A stretch of DNA of 64,000 nucleotides, from positions 4,650,001-4,714,000 of the forward strand of contig NC_047080.1 in assembly GCF_902459465.1 (NCBI RefSeq), read 5' to 3'. The notes under the pieces were generated by a model. That model was given only the letters and a program-made list of their open reading frames with translations, was not told the origin of the DNA and did not search any database. Of this stretch, positions 10,633-25,100 are shown in pieces. Within the stretch, counting starts at the first letter, position 1; each line of letters opens with the position of its first letter. The DNA comes from Asterias rubens. Its lineage: Eukaryota. The translations under genes and the position numbers were made by a program.

Positions 10633-12484
10633 TTAGTGTTGTGAGTTTGAAATGTTACCCAGATGCAATGTTTCAACCACTGGATATGAACCATGATGAC
10701 GTTTTGGCCAAAACACGGCACCAAACACAAATTCCCATTAAAAAGTTAATGTACATCATTACAGGCCTGAAATTACACTGAGGGCATGACCCTTGTTGCC
10801 CCATTTTTGGCCTTTGTGCCCTGTGAAATATTTCCCAAAGTTTTTCCAGCAGGGTGCCCTTGCAAAATGGCCTTGCCCTCTCAAAGATGAAATTCCATGC
10901 CTGAATTGATAAATAATGTTTTTTTAAATTTAGCAAAAAGCCCAACATCTATTAAAGCCTGATGTACCAAATGAACAAAATAGTCTGGTACCATTTCATG
11001 AAAGATAATTTACACCTGCAATCATGATTGTGAATACAGACAACCCATCCAAGATGATCAATATCAAGTTTTCTTTTAGGTTTTGTATTTTTTTTTGTGG
11101 TGAACTACAGAGTAAACATGCCCCAAAATAGTGCTGTCCCAGATTCTATAATAATAGACAAAGACACATCAACGTTGAGTATACACAAACGCACTATCAT
11201 GCCATCTACAGTTCAGTCACAACAAAAACAAAACAAAAATCCATGCCTATAATCATGGAGGAATAATCAACTCCTAACTGTACAAACAAATTCATTTGAA
11301 GTGGGAAGAAACTTTTATAACAAATTTTCCCCATCCCAAACCCTCAAAAGAAGGAACATCAAGACACCCCTCTCCAGTCAAAATGTGACCCTTTTCCATC
11401 ATAATTTGTTTTTTCGTAAATCACTCTTCTTTTAAATTTGACCACACCCAAAATTGTCTTACATTTTTCATGGCAATATTATATCTAAACTACAAAATCA
11501 CAAACTACCTGAAGTCTTTTGCTGTCTTTTGTACTTTACACTTCACACATGCTATTATACTATTTATGGAAATTTACCCACCAAGTCCCAATAACTAATT
11601 ACTCATTGAACCTCAGGATTAATTCCTCCATGTGACTAGACCATGTGACCTGCGATGCAAAATTTTACAAAAGAGCTATAAAAAAACTCACTTCCTGCTA
11701 ACACAGGCAGAACAGGTAAACAGCTTAAAGAAGGAAAACATAACACCTGGCTATAAAATGAGAAAGCAGTTGTTGTTTTTCTTTTTTTTCTGATATGAAA
11801 GAAACTCAAAGTGTTGCTTTCTTAACTCAGGTGGTAATTAACGACAAATCTCATAGTAACAGGAACTTGCCCTGGAATGTAAAAGGTCACTATTTTTTTG
11901 TCAACAAGGTGACTTGTCTCTTGGGACCACAGTAAAGTGTAAACAAACCAGGATTTATAACTCTTACATAAAACTTCAAGCCAAACAGCTCTTGTATTTT
12001 AACAAAGAGAGCGTCTCCTTTTACAAAACAAGCTAGACGCTTCAGCGCACAGCAACCCAAGTGTTTTATTTGCATTTTGAGCCATAAAGAACCATCCAGC
12101 ACACAAATGAAAACAACACTACTGGAAATTAGCTACCAGCTGCAGCAAGAATGTTGAAGGTTGAAAGGATTGCAATTGAGGTTTTTATTAAGAAATAAAT
12201 CTCAGCAGTTCTTTCTTAAGAAGATTATCTTGGATGAAGGGTGTTCTATTTTGTTAATAGTAAGGAATCTTCTATCAATCAGAGATGAGATTGGACAAAT
12301 ATGTGTAAATTCCTGAAAGATAGCTTGTGGGTTTGGGTTCTCCTTATTCTAGCAGAACTGGAGCCTCCCAGATGTTACAATTCTGGAGGTTTACAGACTC
12401 CGGGCATCACAAGAAATACAAAACTACAGGTTTGGACATAATGTGACAATCTTTTTCCCTTGAATTTGTGACTGATTTACTTCT

Positions 12485-12851
12485 TTAAAGACACTGGACA
12501 CTAATGGTAATTGTAAAAGACTAGTCTTCACAGTTGGTGTATCTCAACATAGTATGCATAAAATAACAAACCTGTGAAAATTTGAGCTCAATGGGTCGTC
12601 AAAGTTGGGAGATATTAATGAAAGAAAAAAACACCCTTGTCGCACCATGGTCACACGAAGTTGTGTGCTTTCAGATGCTTGATTTCGAGACCTCAAATTC
12701 TAAATCTGAGGTCTCAAAATCAAGTTCGTGGAAAATTACTTCTTTCTCGAAAACTACGCCACTTCAGAGGGAGCGGTTTCCAACCTCTCCCAATAACTCG
12801 TAATCACGAAAGGTTTTTTGAGTAACTACCAATAGTGTCCACTGCCTTTAA
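12485..12851 (+). mobile_element. Family A TTAA-flanked MITE
   Basis: ttaa|agacactggacac...gtgtccactgcct|ttaa with the family core gagacctcaaattctaaatctgaggtctc. Confidence 0.85.
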
Positions 12852-14783
12852 AAGAATTTGAAGGCTCAATCAAGTAGGGTTTTTTGGGGAGAAAATACTG
12901 AGTAAATGTCTCTCTGCTTATGTGGTACTTTCCAAAAATTCGTCCAAATCATAAATCACAGTATCCTAAACGCATTGGATTTCCAAAAAAAAAAAAAATT
13001 ATCACCAAATTTGAAGTAAAGTATTAAGGTGTGGTCACTGTGGAATTAGTGCATTTATTATTAATTTGCCAGTGCGTTGCCTTTTGCTGCGTTTGACAGA
13101 TAATTTGTTAAAATCCTCATGCAACTAAACATGCAAGTTATTTTTAGCATTAAATTGATATTAGTCTTGATCTACACCCAGCTTCTCTATTACTATATAA
13201 ACTACAACAATTTGCTCCAACTATCCATCATAAAAATTTTCTAAACTAAACTTAAAAAACCAACCCAAGGACACAGAAATCCAGCCACTTATTTGTCTGG
13301 CCCAAAAGCATATCTACAGAAGATTTCTCCCAGCCTTTGATTTTCAATTTAGGATCCATCCCTTTTGACACCTGCTCAACAGTTTCAATAAAAACACAAG
13401 TAGCTTTTTCTAAAGAGTTGTTCCTCAATCTATGTGGACAACAAAGCCGTGTTCCTTAGTAAACAAACTCATTCTGAATACCACCAAATATGGAGCTAAG
13501 GTTGGATCCTGTCTGGCCCCCATAAGATTCAGTTGAATGATTCACAAAAGAATTGAATATTTTTTTTTCTGCTTTGAATAGTGGTTTGTTCACTGTGACT
13601 TGTGTGAGAAGCCCTGTTTAAATGTACATGGTTATGAACCCACAGCCAACAAAGTTTGCCTTTACAAATTGATCGAACCAGGAAACTGTTTATGTATACA
13701 TGTAGTATCAACAAAACACCAAGCTCCACACCTGACCAGCTTGCTGCTGTGGTGGTGTGGACAAAATGAAAAAGCCATTCAACACATCGCCTTGGAATCT
13801 CTGACATAACATATTTCTACCTCCATGGATATACTATCCCTATTCCAAACTAACTCATAACAATGATGCTATTTGCCCATTGAAGTTAACTTATTTTCCC
13901 CAATTATTAGTAAAAATGAAACGCATTTAAAGATGTAATTCCACATGAATCGCTATTCCATGACCGTTATTTCAGGGTTTTCGTTGTGGAAAACAGGGTT
14001 TTGTTGTTTCCATGTTACATACTGTATCATTGATTATTTCAGCCAGGTGTTTTGGTCCACGATGTGAATTTATTCCTCATTATGACCATCTGACTGTAAG
14101 CGCTGCATTTTATTCAATGGCAGCTGACTTGAAAATAAAAATCCAAAGTTCATTAAAAAATTGCACATGTACAGATTTTTGTAAATAATAGACAATGAAC
14201 CAAATTGTCTGCTGCCATAACAGTTGAAGCATTGAAAAAGTTCTGGAAAATAATACCATGCATTGGCACTTTTGTTTTTAGACAGCACTGTGAAGTTGTT
14301 TTACAAAAGCAAGAGGTGGATCAATAAAGCCAAGTAAAAACAAACACCAGTTGATTATCCAGGTTTTTTAAAACGAGGATAAGGGACTTTTAATTTTGTT
14401 TTCTTTCAAACTGGCCACCACTTTTTCAATTTAAAGTCACCACTTACTTTATTTAGTCAAAGATTAGTAACTTTAAGAGAAATACACAGACAATTTGTCT
14501 TTTTGAAAGAAAATAAAAAATAGTTAAAAAAGGATGCGGCCTCATAAAATGAAAAATTGGAAAACATGTGGAATACATCTTTAAATAGTAGGTTGGGGCT
14601 GAGCAATATCATCATTGATTGACCTGTTAGCAGATGAAAACAACTCAAAGTGCATTTGCGCAAACCATCCACGCTATTGTTTCCATCTGCGCGCAAAGTT
14701 CTCAGCTCGCCCTGTCCCTATGCAAGGAGTCGCATGATTGGCTTGCTAGCTAGCTGGGGGGTTTGACTAATCTGCATGTGTAC

Positions 14784-14921
14784 CTGTGTCCAACTCACAA
14801 CGATCACCGGTGTAACGGGCCGTGCATTGGCACGTGAATCCGTTCGGTGTTTGAGCGTTGCTAGAACAAACACCCTGGTTTTTGCACGGATGGCTATAGC
14901 ATGGATTGAGCTCTGGCGGGT
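14784..14921 (-). CDS. crb: Crumbs coding exon 3 (first EGF repeat)
   Basis: tcttctag|AC acceptor, G|GTACAC donor; 138 nt, phase 1 to 1; PPELNPCYSHPCKNQGVC...RCELDT. Confidence 0.9.
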
Positions 14922-16761
14922 CTAGAAGATACAAAATAAAAATCAGAAACAAAAAAAACCACAAATATGGACAACTAGGGAGAGGGATCAAGGATAGAGA
15001 TTAGGTTAATCCTAGATTAAGAGTAACTTCAGAGCAGTGTCAGGTTGTGCAACCAGAACACTCACACATGAAAATTCTAAAAAATTGTAACCTTCAATAA
15101 CCAGTTCACAAAATTTGATTGATTGGTTACATCAAAAATGGATGTTCAACATCAAGATGCCACTGCCTGACACAGCTCCTTGAAGATAATCTTATCTATG
15201 GGTTATCCTACCAATGGGGGAAGGGGGAGAAAGATACATTGGCTAGCCAGCAATTCACAAACCTCCATTGCCTGAGCATGGTAAGTACTCCAAAATTGAA
15301 TGATCATCAAAACTGACTTAATGAGAAGCACTGAAGCTGTTGATAGTAGGCCAATAAACTATTTTCAAAAAAGATTTCCTTTTACAATAATGGTTTGGAT
15401 AATCGTTCACCACAAGATCTGAATCTGAGAGACGATTCATGAATGCAGGAAAGAAACGTTTCTGAAAGTTTGTGTTCGTTCCCAAACGCTGCTCCCAGAT
15501 GCTTTTGGTAGCCACTGTCACTTCGCTAATCCGAGGATCAATTGGATGTCCACTGAAATTAGTTTTTGCTGCTTATGCAGTGTATTTTGCTAAATCTCTC
15601 ACGTGTGACTTTTGTTGAAATTTTCTTGATAATTTTGCCTAAGCATTACGTAGAAAGAAAATTAAAGATGCCTGCAGTGCCAGTTTAGCTTTTTTGCCTA
15701 CCACCAACAACTGTTTTGTTTGTGAATTGCGGCTTACATGTATATAAGGGAAAAGAGAGTGCAGTGACAGAGAGATAAATACCCAGGGTTAGTTTTGTAC
15801 CAAATAAATGAGGATGAAAATGAGTTTGTAGAAAGTGGGAGCCGAAGTAGAAATAAGGAATACAGAACCAAGTTACCAGAGTGGGAAGAAGTGAAAAGAA
15901 GATATGCACAGAGCTTCGACATAATACTTGTTTTTGTTTGGTCTACAATGTAAAAGAAATTAACATAAACAAAAAAAAAAGTCTTGCTTTTCTTTTGTTT
16001 GAGTGTTACTTGTTGGACATCATTCAATCAAAACTGATAAGTGTAATTACTTTTCAATCGTTTTACTTGTTAACCCCTCTTTGTTTTTAATAGTACATGT
16101 ATTTGAGAGAATGCAACATTTTTCTACTAGCCACAAACATCCCAGACATTTATTTCCTTTGATAACTTGACCCTAAAAGGTCCAAGTTGAAGGGTCAACA
16201 TTTTATCTTTGAAGTACTGTGAATACAATGCCTTGAAATGATATGTTGGTTGAAGTAAGGTATAGCCCAGAGGTCTAAAGTGTATGTAGCGTGCAAAATG
16301 AATGAACACAAAAGTCTGGATCACAAGAAATGTCCTATGATAATCACACACACAATGTTCAGTCAACTTTAAGGAAGATTTACTTTAAGTTTCAAGTTTT
16401 CAAGTTTTGAAAGGAAGAACAAAACACTTCAAGTTCACACACAAGCCAAAATTCAAAATTCTTTTCAACTTTACACTTAAAGACTTTATAGACAACTTGG
16501 AATAGTAGGGTTTGGGTTTGAAGTAGTACATTGAATCAATAATTTTAATTTGGATTGTTTTGTTTTTGTTTGTTTTGATAGTTGTTAAGTGCCGGGGATA
16601 AATTAATGGGAGTAAATGAAATGTTGGTTACATTTCCAAAATTATCACAATTGTGCACATTTAGTAAACAACATATTACCAACGAAACCATACTTCACAA
16701 TGTGCCAATAAAGGGGGTTCTCCATACTTGGGCACCATCATCATGGCTACTTTATACTTAC

Positions 16762-17295
16762 TACACCCTTGTTGCGTTTCTAACGGACACGCCCCCCACT
16801 CCACATTGTTCCAACTCTCCGCATTATCAAGCAGTAACCCAGTAACCTGCTCAATGCACCCGTCAAAGTTCCTCCCTAAAATAACCCTGCTTCCACCGGA
16901 CAAATCAATCGCAAGAAGTTCACTGTTTAACGTCGTGGTGGCTAACGTCGTCACGTTGTTACCGACCGAAAGCTGGATGCTCCCGAGTGTGTATTGCAAT
17001 TTTAAAAGTACCCATCCCGAATTGGTTGCGTAGTTCGGTCCCACATCCACAGATTTTGAAAGCATTCCAACCGTCCAGTCGGCTTGGAGAAACCCGCTGG
17101 GGTTGATGGAGAGGGTGAATGAGTCTCCATTGGAACCAGTTTGGGTCAGGATTTCTCCTGAGTAACAAGTTCTGAAATTAAGCCACGTTCCTGGTGACGT
17201 TTGAAAGTCCAGTACAGTGTTGACTGTAACGTTGGATGTACCGTTGAAGTATGCTTTACTAGCAGGCAGCTGGGCGTGAGCTTGGTTGAAGAACC
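16762..17295 (-). CDS. crb: Crumbs coding exon 2: end of signal peptide plus N-terminal laminin-G-like domain
   Basis: ctttgtag|GG acceptor, A|GTAAGT donor; 534 nt, phase 1 to 1; FFNQAHAQLPASKAYFNGTS...WLNFRTCYSGEILTQ...ILGRNFDGC...NVEWGACPLETQQGC. Resembles the fly Crb N-terminus as I recall it (AYFNGS..FRSC..GEIL..ILG..F.GC..V.FG.CP). Confidence 0.9.
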
Positions 17296-17871
17296 CTACA
17301 AAGAAATCATACGGTAGTTTAATTTAATTTTGGATTGAAAAAAGACAAGACAGGGATTGGAGAATCCTGAACAACCTCTGGCATTATGGTTAAATTTAAA
17401 GTTTTTCAAGAGCAGAAGCCACAGTACTCAACACCAAGACTAATTGTTGTAGCACGAAAATAACAGGTTTTTCAACGAGCAGACATGTTGCAAAATCTGA
17501 ATTCTGAAAGAAATCTGAAATTTACCACCATAAACAACACAGTCAACGTAATAGAAGACCTTACAATATGCTCCTTGAAAATATTTTTTTTGTATAGAAA
17601 ACATCATTAAATTTTAATTTCTGTATTCAAATATTCTTTTGTAAATGTCCCCATTTCCCCCAGTCTTCAAGGCCCTTTTTCCCCTGTACAATTTCTCAAT
17701 AAACCTTCTGACATTCCTGGTGTGGAAAGGCAATTTTTTCAGGAAAAATATCCTCTCCCCTTAAGTAATTAAATTTTAGGGTCTGCCAATGTACACATCA
17801 CTAGAAGTTGACTTTTCGCCTGCCATTCTTCATGCAGCCTTATAAGAGGATCATCATGCAAGAATTTCATT

Positions 17872-18256
17872 TTAAAGGCAGTGGACACAATTGGTAATTG
17901 TCACAGACTAGCCTTCACAGTTGGTGTATCTCAACATATGCATAAAATAACAAACCTGTGAAAATTTGAGCTCTAACGGTCATCGAACTTGCAATAATAA
18001 TGAAAGAAAAAAACACCCTTGTCACACGAAGTTGTGTGCGTTTAGAAAGTTGATTTCGAGACCTCAAGTTCTAAATCTGAGGTCTCGAAATCAAATTCGT
18101 GGAAAATTACTTCTTTCTCAAAAACTATGGCACTTCAGAGGGAGCCGTTTCTCACAATGTTTTATACCATCAACCTCTCCCCATTACTCGCCACCAAGAA
18201 AGGTTTAATGATAATAATTATTTTGAGTAATTACCAATAGTGTCCACTGCCTTTAA
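17872..18256 (+). mobile_element. Family A TTAA-flanked MITE (full length)
   Basis: ttaa|aggcagtggacacaattggtaatt ... aattaccaatagtgtccactgcct|ttaa. Confidence 0.88.
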
Positions 18257-18717
18257 CAGACATGTTTGCTTTTAGCACTGCCCTGCATGTACTAGCCAGT
18301 CATTTGATCTGTCCTTGATAGGGCGTGCCAAGAAATGTCTAACCTTTGTAATTTAAAGCTTTAATGCAGGACTGGTGGAACAGAAACAATAGTTGCAGGC
18401 AGTGTTTATGTTTTTTATGATCAACCATAAAACATGAAATAACAAAGCTGTAAATATTTGGGCTTGAGCGAGTCTGAGGAATATAGTGAAAAAAAAAACA
18501 TGTGAACACATTGCTCTTACATGAAGTCTTAATTTTGGTCACCAAAACCAGCTGATTTAATTTTTTAAGTTTTCAGATGTAAGTACTGTTGAAATATACC
18601 TATAGATGTATGTATTACTTTATTTCAAAGAGAAATCTTTCACAGACAAATTTGTTCAGTATGAAATTCATAATTCGTAAGCTTTCAGACTAAATTGTCT
18701 AACAATGTTTTTTATCC

Positions 18718-19055
18718 TTAAAGGGAAGGTACAGGTTTGGTAATTACACAAAACAAATATTAACTTAAAAACTGACTTGGTAACGAGCAGTGGAGAGCTG
18801 TTGATAGTATAAAACATTGTGGGAAATGACTCCCTCTGAAGTAACGTAGTTTTTGAGAAAAACGTAATTTCTCACTAAAATAATAAAATACTTTCTAGCT
18901 AGAAGTCTTTTATTCCTATCTGAAATATCACAAATTCGTCCAACAAGGGTGTTTTTTCTTTTCACAGGCTTGTTATAAATTTTATGCTTATGTTGGGATA
19001 CACCAAGTGAGAACACTGGTCTTTGACAATTACCAAACGTGTACAGTGCCTTTAA
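18718..19055 (-). mobile_element. Family A-related TTAA-flanked MITE
   Basis: ttaa|agggaaggtacaggtttggtaatt ... aattaccaaacgtgtacagtgcct|ttaa; reverse copy of the cttcagagggag core. Confidence 0.78.
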
Positions 19056-19630
19056 TACCAATCCTGTAGGCCTTTTTTACCTTACATATATATGTAAATG
19101 AAAGTATTCAAGAAATTTTTGGTAGAAGTTAAATTTAACACATTATTGGCCCAGCAGTTCTATTTTCCATGTATACAATGTAAGTATATTTTATAAATAA
19201 AATATAGTGGCCTACATAAAAAAAAATCATGGCCAATTGACAACTAATTTTGACCACACCCTGAACCTTGATTCATGCAAAGTTCATCTTTAAATAAATC
19301 TGTTATTTAATTCTTCAGAAGACGGAATACATGTCATGCATTCCATATGGATGTAAAGTTACTTATTAACGAGCTACGGTATTAATTTACAATGTACAGT
19401 GGGTATCAGTGAGATCCCTGAAACATCAACAACCAACAGAATGAAATTGAAACAGAATATGTAAGTGGAGATTATCGTGGCCTTTGAGCCGTGGCGGCGA
19501 GACTGCGTTTCTAACAACCTGTCATAATTACTGATTAACCAGTAGTTATCATATCAGAATATTTGGCTCAACGCTACAATAAGCCAGTCTGAAATATGGT
19601 GGACACAATATTACATCCATGACACTGTTG

Positions 19631-20123
19631 TTAGGTTTGGGTAAATTGGTCTGTATACACCCAAACCTAAGGCCGAGTAAAAAAAGGAACATTTTTAGCG
19701 TTCAGGTTTTTAACAAAAAGGAAGGAGGGGCTTTTTATTTTTTATTTCAAGATGGCCGCCATTCTTTTTAAAATGTCAAATATCCATTGTTGTTTTTTAC
19801 TGCTCAAACACACAATTACATTAATGAAACATTTTGGTAAAGACAAGACATTCAGATTGTGTTGGCTGAGATCGTTTAAAATAACCTTTTTTTCATAAAA
19901 AAAATTAAATTAAAATAAAAATTAAAAAAATAAATAAAATAAAATGTGCATAAAAAATGTGCATAAAAACAGAGCAGCCTTTACAAAGGAAGAGGGTGGG
20001 GACGCTAAACGTGTTTCTTTTTTTACTCGGCCAAACGGTGCACTCCCTTTTTGAGGTATGGCGGACGTGATAGGAGCGTACTGTTTGGTTTGTGTGTATA
20101 CACACAAATTTACCTAAACCTTA
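19631..20123. mobile_element. MITE with two nested sets of inverted repeats
   Basis: Outer aggtttgggtaaatt...gtatacac...aaacc mirrored at 20086-20123; inner ggccgagtaaaaaaag / ctttttttactcggcc at ~19671 and ~20017-20032. Confidence 0.65.
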
Positions 20124-21933
20124 TAGTGTTGTAGTTCATTGTGTCTGTCATATCACAAGAAGGAAAAAATGCTACTGGCTTGAGACCAAATGTCTGCTAC
20201 ATGTCCAAGTGATTTATTTTCTACGGTTGGGTTTGAATTTTTACATAACACATTATGTACACAAAGGACCACTGGTCTAAAGTCCAGTGGTTTTAGTGTT
20301 AGGCTGGTGGTAAAACTGAACATATCCTACAGTCTACTGCCTTTTTAGAATTAGAATTAATAACAAACTTTTTATTTTTCGGCTTTTCAAACTATTATTC
20401 AAATTTCATCTTCAACAAAATCAAATACCCAAAAGAACGAACTGTGTGGTTGTAAAAATTTTAGTATGATCGTGTGAAAACTGTTTATTTGTACAGTAGA
20501 CATTCTGAGTTAGAATAGAAGACCAGTGGGCTGAAAAAGCACTATTGGAAAATAAGCCTAGTTGGAAATGTCTAAAAATTTAAGGCTTGCTGTGTTGTAT
20601 TAGAGAGGGTGTTGGCTAAATGGAAACTCTACTTTACTCAATATTTCCCTTGATGTCACTAGCAGTAATGGACTGATGTTAATTTTTAACAGACTGGTCA
20701 ATTTCTCCATTCCAGCCTAGGTTGATACATTGATCTGAACCATGAAAATCAATATGGCTGCTCGCTAATCAAAATTCATAGACCAGGCTACCGTTTATTT
20801 GTACATACATGTACACACCCATGTGTACCATGAATCTACATTGTAAAATTATCATAAAGATAAAGAGCCAGTTATAATATTCAAAGAAAAACTGGCAGTT
20901 AGTTATAAGAAAAAATTTTTAACAATTCTTTGAAAAATGCATTATTTTACCCTAAAGAAATTGAAGAAATTCGATTTTTTTTCCCCGCAAGTTTTGAACT
21001 CTCTCCTCTAAACATCTTGAAAGTGGTTTGATTCTGTAATTTAGTAAGTAAGAATTGTGTCAACCACATTTTGTATGGTCATTGTTTCTGAACACAACAT
21101 CAAGACATTTATAAGTTTTTTGTCTGGCCAAAGGAAATACAAATTTATATGCCGACTTTCATACTCAAAAGTATGCACATTAACTTGGTTTTAATATGTA
21201 AATGATCAGAAAATTTGCTTCAAGGTGAATTCAAGCATGGATTAATTATAGTTTATTGCTCCATGGTTGAAGTTGCAGTTGATGTTTCCTGTTACAATGT
21301 CGTTTGTGGTAATTACAAAGGAAGTATTACTTCTTATGGACCACTTCCTCTATTGCACCATTGTGCTAAATCAAGTCAGCACTTTGCATTATTGGTTTAC
21401 GCCATGGAGATACATGTAGAAATAGAATTTTATTATTGATATTTCCCTTTTATTTAGGAAGTTGGTTTGTCTTCATTTTTAAAAATTGTATATATATTTT
21501 TTTTCTATGCAAGTCGCCAGACACACAAGGCCTGAAGGCCACTTCAAGGTGTGGGCTACAATTATTTTTTTCCGGAGGCCGTTGCTAATGCCACCTACTC
21601 ATTGGGCTGAAGGTTACCCCTTTTACAGTCCATACAGATGTAGGCTTGGGTATGGTAGCAATGATACATCCAAATAGAATTTGCAAGAAACGAACAGAAC
21701 TATCCTTTCTTCCTCCTTTTGGTTACTTTGTTTTAAATGACAAATTTTCAAAGTAGTCAAGTAGGTTTTGTTTCCTGGGAAATTGTGGTGATAATTTAGA
21801 GGCTAACCCATGCCCCTGCTTGAGATAACCATGGAGGTTTCTACAAGTACCTCCATGTGATAACAGAGAGGTTAGTGGACTTAGCACAGTGGCGGCCATT
21901 TTTGTGTTGTGTGTGAAATAAGCATGGGGCTAG

Positions 21934-22110
21934 CAGGCCCGTATGCTTCGTTTTTGAAAGGGCAAGGGCACCAAGGCATTTTCTCAAAGGGCACCCTATG
22001 AGGAAATTGTTCATTTCTACTGGAGCATTTCAAGGGCACCAAGGCAATGGCAAGGGGCAACGGATAACGGATGCAATCACCTCCGCTGCCTCAGAGAAGG
22101 ATCAGGCCTG
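21934..22110 (+). mobile_element. Family D short element (CAGGCC...GGCCTG, aagggcaccaaggca core)
   Basis: Near-identical copy at 54274-54437 and a reverse copy at 32886-33295. Confidence 0.7.
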
Positions 22111-25100
22111 GGCTAGGGTTATATAATTTACTGGGATTTTTATTATTTCTGCGAAAACAGGGCCTAAACCTATCTGTAATCATTGCGTGTGTTAACAGTC
22201 TGTATGAATATCTACATGTATGAATATTTGTTTTATGCTTAGTTTCTCCAGGTCCCTAAAACTCTCTATAGATAACGCAGCCAGTCCGTTGAGTCAACAA
22301 AAAACGACTTGTGACAATGTGAGTATTTGATTTAATCTCACTGAGATCTCTTGAACAATAGTGAGATTATGTTAAGGATTTAACTTTCTGCTGAATGGGG
22401 CTTTTGTCTCAAGGTCTCCCTTTGGTGGATCATGAGCGAGGGAAGCACACTGCACTCTCACGTACATTTACATGTTTAATCCTTACACATGTGAAGTCTT
22501 ATCATAAAGGGTTATGTGACTGAGCATTATGAAACGATTTATTGCAAACCCCAATATTAGACTCACTTTAATGACTGGACATGGAGTTCTCATTTTACAA
22601 TTGATCAGTTTATAATTGACCACCTGTTCTTCATCATTGAAGTACACAACAATATTCAACTTTGCATTCTTCCAAAGAAGTGTGATAATAGGCCTACATA
22701 CATGTATGATAATCCAGTGCCAGACAGAAACCCAGACCCACCTTTAACTACTTTGCCAGTTGAACAGAATGAGGGTGTTTATTGCCCATTACACAACTAT
22801 GACCTTGTACAACAGCAGACACTGAAAAATGGGGGCTCAAATTTACGAGGTCCTTTGTCAGTTTGATCATGGTTTGATGTGTCCTTTTGTAGTAAATTGC
22901 GTGACTTCAATGCTTGAAATTAGGGTGGGGGGGGGGGCACTGGACCCCATGGCTTGTGTACCTTAACATTTGAACTGGGGGCCCATGTAAATTTTTCCAC
23001 AAGAACAAAATCAAAATGTTTGTATAATATGTGTATACAATTTCTTCCTCTATGCGCACACACAGATTGTCATTTGATTGAATTAAGACACGACCCAGGT
23101 ATCATCCTTTCTTTTGCCATGCATACTTGGCCCGATTCTCAACAACTCAATATAGGAGGCCTACATGTTTGTGGATCACTATAAGACGCTTTGCAGTGTT
23201 GTCTGGAAACTAATATTTTTTTTGTCAATTTGGAAAAAATGGGTTTCAAAGATCTGAAAGGTATTTATCAGAACCGATGTCAACAATCAACAAAAAATGA
23301 ATACACAAAATTAAATGAAATAAATACAAATTGCGATAAATTCAATTGACATGACTACTGAACTTGTCTCGTCTGTGAATCAACTCAGGGGCTAAACCAC
23401 TGACCTAGGGTAGCCTCGGGTTGTCCGTTCATACAGTGTCTTGTGAACTCTTTTCTATAAATATTTGACATATTTGTACAAGTACACACATGTATAGCCT
23501 ACTAGGCCTACACACAAGTTTCATAGCCCTGTATGACCTGTAATTACCACAAGTGATGGAGTGGAATGTGAAGTAGGCCCTGCTTATTGTACCCTAAAAC
23601 CATGGTTGGACTCTCTGACTTCCCACCATGGCCATGCAATAGTACTAGGTTAGTCAGTAACTAGTAAACATATAACTTGAACATATGTAATACAAATGTA
23701 TGTGTGCGTACAAAATAAGATAGTGAAATTATCTGGGTAAATACTAGCTTTGGGTTTTTCAGCATTGGTGCAGAGTAGTCTGTAATGTTGAACCTTACAG
23801 ACTAGGCAGTTTGGCTGGTTGAAATAGTTGATTAAATAAAATTACTTTGTCAGTTTCACTTAAAAATTAAAAATAGGCCTACATTTTCGACCCCAATAAA
23901 AACATTTAATATCAATTTTAGTCTAGTATCCAGCAAAATTCATAAACAAATTTTGAGGTAAAACTTACTTTGCAATTGCAGACTTTGGAAACACAACTTA
24001 AAAACTTGTTCAAGTATTTTTCCCGACTGCCGAATTGGTTGAATCTACATAAATACCTGACAGCTACACGATACAAATTACACCGTTTTGAAACACCAAA
24101 GTTCTTTTCATAATGATACACAATCGATGCCCAATTCAAAACTAGGAAAAGACAAGTTTTTAAATCATTATTTTAAAACTGTAGAACATTAACTTTCTGT
24201 GTATTCCATAAGTACAATCCACCATCTGGTACATTTGGCGAACTTTATTTAACTCTACAAAATACCCATAATGGTTTTTTTTCGACAGCTTCCTCAAGGC
24301 CATTATAAATCAATCATTAAAAAAGTTTTTTTTACTAACAATTTATATTGCTTTTTTTTTTCTTCCAGCGAGTGCTCTGCAAGATCAAAACAAAATTATT
24401 CCTGTTTCTAACTAGTCCCAGATCCAGAGTATACGAGTGTTACAAGAAAACCTTATAAAATAAGGTCAGTGAAAAAGCTGGTGGACTAGTAAGATGACAA
24501 GCTAGCTGGTCCAGGCTAAACTCCTACTACTACTAGTACTAGTAGTAGAACCATGATGAGGCTTGTTCCGCTATCGTCTCCACGATGGAGATGATAGTGG
24601 AAAGAACCGCATCATACATAGTACTTTTAGTAATTCTAGGAGTAGTCCTGGCGGCGCCCTGGCTTACAAGTCGCTGAAAAACGTTAGAGCGAAGTCAGCG
24701 AACTGAAGAAAGTTAGTTTATCCTGGTGTCATGTGTTTTCAGTAGGATAAACAGGAAAATTTTTCACAATCAAAAACTTAATGTTTTTTTTTTCAAATCA
24801 TCTATCCAATTTTTTAACAGTAACACTTACACTTCATGGTGTGTTGAAATTTTTAAAGTTTTGGTTTTACGTTGCGAGAGACAGTCCGCCATTAACAGTA
24901 CTTATGCATGCACGACATTGGAGCAACGTCATATGTTTTCACACCTTTCATTGGTTGGTATTTTATTGAATATTCAGAAGCTAGTATGGCGTGCAAAATA
25001 AATCAAAAATATTATTCAATTACTACTTAACAAATTTAATTACATTTTTGTCCTAAGGCATTATGGCTACTGTCTAATTACAATCCAGAGATATCATAAG

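Noticed and set aside
10389-10730. Repetitive ORF peptides (TWKLG.., GNWVH..)
   Set aside because: They are translations of the 15-bp intronic minisatellite; the true exon starts at the AG at 10388.
12582-12825. Similar short ORFs here and at 17966, 28546 and 62183 as a gene family
   Set aside because: All are chance frames across copies of the family A MITE; frames and stops are not conserved.
1-14921. EGF array as Notch, fibropellin or eyes shut
   Set aside because: The Crumbs-specific long-loop EGF, the EGF-to-LamG junction and the Crb-like N-terminal domain point to crumbs; no CUB, avidin or LNR domain is seen.
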